A stretch of 64,000 nt of DNA from Planctomycetota bacterium (GTDB lineage Bacteria; Planctomycetota; UBA1135; UBA2386). A program made the translations under genes and the position numbers. How positions within the stretch are numbered: position 1 is the stretch's first letter; each line of letters starts with the position of its first letter. The DNA lies in assembly GCA_046290465.1 (NCBI GenBank), contig JBKAGP010000001.1:6432001-6496000 (forward strand). Reading direction: 5' to 3'. Shown here one piece after another: positions 61,287-64,000 of the stretch. The notes beneath the pieces were generated by a model. That model was not told where the DNA came from. It worked only from the letters and a program-made list of their open reading frames with translations, and ran no database searches.

Positions 61287-63875
61287 ATGGACTCGGAACT
61301 GCTCGCGTTCTTCGGGGAAGGGGAGGACTCGCAGCACAACGCGTCGCTGCGGTTCCTGCAGCGGCACCCGTCGTTGCTGCGCGACCTGGACCAGGTCCGC
61401 GGCAAGCTCCGTGGGGTCGGAGATCCGGACGGTGACGGCGTCGGGCCGGGGCTGCCGAAGCAGGTCGCAGACCACGAGGTGCTGGAGGTGCTCGGGGCAG
61501 GCGGCATGGGGGTGGTCGTGCGGGCCCGGCCGACCGGCGGCTCGCAGGGCGGCGATGACCTCGCGCTGAAGCTGGCCGATCGCGGCGACCCGGTCGCCTG
61601 CGAGGCGCTCGAGCGCGAGGCCGAGGTGCTGCTGCGGCTGCGGCACGACCACGTCGTGCGCGCGCTCGCGACCGGGCAGACCGACACGCATCGCTGGTTG
61701 GCGATGGAACTGGTGTCGGGCACGGTGCTGTCGCGACGCCTCGACGTGCGACCTTCGGTCGACGAGGCGATGCGGTGGTTCGCGGAGCTGGCCGACGGGG
61801 TGGCGGCGCTGCACCGGCACGGCCTCGTGCACCGCGACATCAAGCCGGGCAACGTGATGGTCCGCAGCGACGGCTCGGCCTGCCTGATCGACCTCGGCCT
61901 GGTCGAGGCCGAGGGCGGCTGCGAGATCGGCTTCGAACAGCGCATGCTCGCCGGAACGGTGCCGTACATGAGCCCGGAGCAGACCCTGTCGGGCCTGCTC
62001 GCGCTCGACGGCACCAGCGACGTCTACAGCCTCGCGGCGACCATCTACGAGGCGTTGACCGGGCATCGCACCGTGCACGGTGCCACCCGCGGCGAACTGC
62101 TCGAACAGGTGGCGTTCGTCGCGGTGCCGCCGCCGTCGCGCTACCGACCGGAGCTCGGCGAGGCCGTCGACGCGATCTTCGCCAAGGCGCTGCACAAGCA
62201 GCGGCCCGGTCGCTACGCGTCGGCCGATGAGCTGCTCGAGGACCTCGCGCGGTGGCGGCAGGGGCGCGCGCTGGTGCACGCGAAGCTGCCCTTGGGGCAG
62301 CGCGCCTGGCGTCGGCTGCGTCGCCACCGTCGGGCGCTGGTGCTGGCCGCGGTTCTGGCCATGGTGCTCACGGCGGTCTGGTGGTGGCAGCGGGCGGAGC
62401 ACGACGGACGGCGCGCTGCGTGGTCGCATGCCCTCGCGGCGGAGCTCGAAGGCCGCGATCCGCAGCAGGTCCGGCAGCGGCTCGAGCAGGGCCTGCGGGA
62501 GTTCGGCGACGACGACGCGTTCGTGGCCACCCTGCAGCGGTGCGCCGCCGACGTGGCCGACGTGCTGGTGCACGCGACGATCGCGGAGCTCGGCTTCGTC
62601 GTCGACGGCGCCACCTCGCTCGCGTCGTTCGCTGCGCGGGCGGCGCTGTCGGTGCGGCTCGCGCGGCATGCGGAGCGCGACGGGTTCGCGTTCGTGCGGC
62701 TCGTGCACCTCTGGCTGCAGCAGGGCCCCGACGCAGCCTTGCGGCAGCTGCCGGTCGGCGATGCGGCGGCGAGCGCCCTGCTCGGCGAACTGCGCGCGGT
62801 GCTGCTGTTGGAGGCCGAGGACCTCGACGGCTACCGGCGGCAGGTCGAACGGCTCGACGCCGTGACCACGGCCGACCTGCGGGTCGCGTGGTTGCCGTTG
62901 CGCGCCTACCGCAACGTTCGCGGGGCGTCGCTGGCACGCACGCTCGGTCGGCCCGCAGAGCGCGAGGCAGCGCTCGAGAACGCCCGCGGGGTGGTCGCGG
63001 TCGCGCGTTCGATGGGGGTGCCAGGGCGCTTGCTGCTGGTCTGCGAGGTGCTGCTCGATCTCGAGTTCGGCGCGTTCGCGCGGGCCGCGCGGGCGCTCGA
63101 GGCTGCCGAGGCCCCGTCCGCCAACACGGTGCCGTCCGCCAACACGGTGCTGTCCAACACGGTGCTTTCCGGCACGGTGCTGTACCGCGTGCTGGCACGC
63201 GCCCTCGCCAATGGCGTCGACGAGGGGGCGATCCGGGAACTGCGCGAACTCGCGGCCGGGTCGGCCGATCGGGAGGCGTCGCTGCGCGGCTGGATGGCGC
63301 GCAGCAGCCATGCCTACGGCCACCTTCCGGTCGCGTGTGCGTTCGTGCTCGGCTGGCCCGAGCAGGCCGCCGTCGACGCCGAAGCCGTGCGGCTGACCTA
63401 CGCGCTGGCCGGGGCCGCGTTCGTCGCCGAGCGGTGGACGACGTGCCTTTCACTGTGCGAGCAGCTGGTCGGCTGGGCGCCGCAGGTGCCGGCGGCCGCG
63501 GCGCGGCGACGCGACGCCGAGGCGCTCGCGGTCTGGTCGGCGCTGCACGTGCTGCGCGCCGCCGTCGACGCGAAGGTGTCCGGCACGGTGGCGATGGCGG
63601 CGTTGGCGCGGCGCACCGTGGCGCGGCTGGCGGCTGACGACGCGCCGGATCCGAGCGTCGAGACGCAGGTCGCGGCGGCGCTGGCGCGGCTCTACGAGGC
63701 GCGGTTCCGCAGCGTGCCGGATCGCGCGGCGGCGCTGCAGCGAGCCCGCGACGAGGCCGGACGAACGTCGGCGCGCCTCGCGCAGGTCGTCGCCGAGCGC
63801 GAGGTCCCCGGAGCGCAGCCAGGCGCGAGGGCGGCGCTGGAGCTGCTCGACGAGGCGCTGCGGACCGTTCGCTAG
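61287..63875 (+). CDS. Hanks-type Ser/Thr protein kinase with TM segment and helical C-terminal region
   Basis: GAGGMGVV, ALK, HRDIKPGN, DLG, GTVPYMSPEQ and SDVYSL motifs; TM ALVLAAVLAMVLTAVWWW. Confidence 0.92.
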   Translation: MDSELLAFFGEGEDSQHNASLRFLQRHPSLLRDLDQVRGKLRGVGDPDGDGVGPGLPKQVADHEVLEVLGAGGMGVVVRARPTGGSQGGDDLALKLADRGDPVACEALEREAEVLLRLRHDHVVRALATGQTDTHRWLAMELVSGTVLSRRLDVRPSVDEAMRWFAELADGVAALHRHGLVHRDIKPGNVMVRSDGSACLIDLGLVEAEGGCEIGFEQRMLAGTVPYMSPEQTLSGLLALDGTSDVYSLAATIYEALTGHRTVHGATRGELLEQVAFVAVPPPSRYRPELGEAVDAIFAKALHKQRPGRYASADELLEDLARWRQGRALVHAKLPLGQRAWRRLRRHRRALVLAAVLAMVLTAVWWWQRAEHDGRRAAWSHALAAELEGRDPQQVRQRLEQGLREFGDDDAFVATLQRCAADVADVLVHATIAELGFVVDGATSLASFAARAALSVRLARHAERDGFAFVRLVHLWLQQGPDAALRQLPVGDAAASALLGELRAVLLLEAEDLDGYRRQVERLDAVTTADLRVAWLPLRAYRNVRGASLARTLGRPAEREAALENARGVVAVARSMGVPGRLLLVCEVLLDLEFGAFARAARALEAAEAPSANTVPSANTVLSNTVLSGTVLYRVLARALANGVDEGAIRELRELAAGSADREASLRGWMARSSHAYGHLPVACAFVLGWPEQAAVDAEAVRLTYALAGAAFVAERWTTCLSLCEQLVGWAPQVPAAAARRRDAEALAVWSALHVLRAAVDAKVSGTVAMAALARRTVARLAADDAPDPSVETQVAAALARLYEARFRSVPDRAAALQRARDEAGRTSARLAQVVAEREVPGAQPGARAALELLDEALRTVR

Positions 63876-64000
63876 CGGGCAAAGCCCCATCCGCACGCGT
63901 ACCCGCCGCTTCCGCGATCACGGTTGGCAGCGCGTCCACTACATGGACGCGCTCCTAGCGGGCAAAGCCCCGTCCGCACGCGTACCCGCCGCTTCCGCGA
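63872..64000 (+). repeat. 83-bp CTAG-bounded repeat, copies 2 and 3 in tandem (third copy truncated by the window end)
   Basis: CTAG at 63872 and 63955 (period 83); same unit as the reverse complement of 22945..23031. Confidence 0.92.

Overview
Very GC-rich, gene-dense bacterial chromosomal segment, most likely from an uncultured Planctomycetota-type lineage. That assignment is inferred from the ECF sigma/Ser-Thr kinase pair, the many large secreted proteins, the HEAT-repeat and PDZ/DUF6288-type proteins and the outer-membrane proteins. About 50 CDS are supportable: housekeeping genes (radC, rqcH-like, ndk, gnd, prfC, lgt, queC, folP, purD) mixed with many exported proteins. I saw no rRNA, tRNA, CRISPR array, transposase or prophage. 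Main highlights: (1) a two-gene operon of a coiled-coil protein plus an actin-fold ATPase that closely resembles haloarchaeal volactin, a candidate bacterial cytoskeletal module (45471-47380); (2) a deiodinase-like selenoprotein split by an in-frame UGA (GSYT-U-PPFR) with an fdhF-like SECIS hairpin (29067-29909); (3) a chromosomal DHPS carrying the Sul-type DPGMGFFLG signature (41337-42146); (4) an 83-bp CTAG-bounded palindromic dispersed repeat that starts exactly at TAG stop codons (22945-23031 and 63872-64000); (5) a C-terminal domain shared by five exported proteins, a possible sorting signal, together with a near-universal Gln at the +1 position after signal peptides; (6) a secretin-like beta-hairpin motif shared by one secretin-like and two HEAT-repeat proteins. 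All family assignments come from motif recognition by eye; no database search was run.
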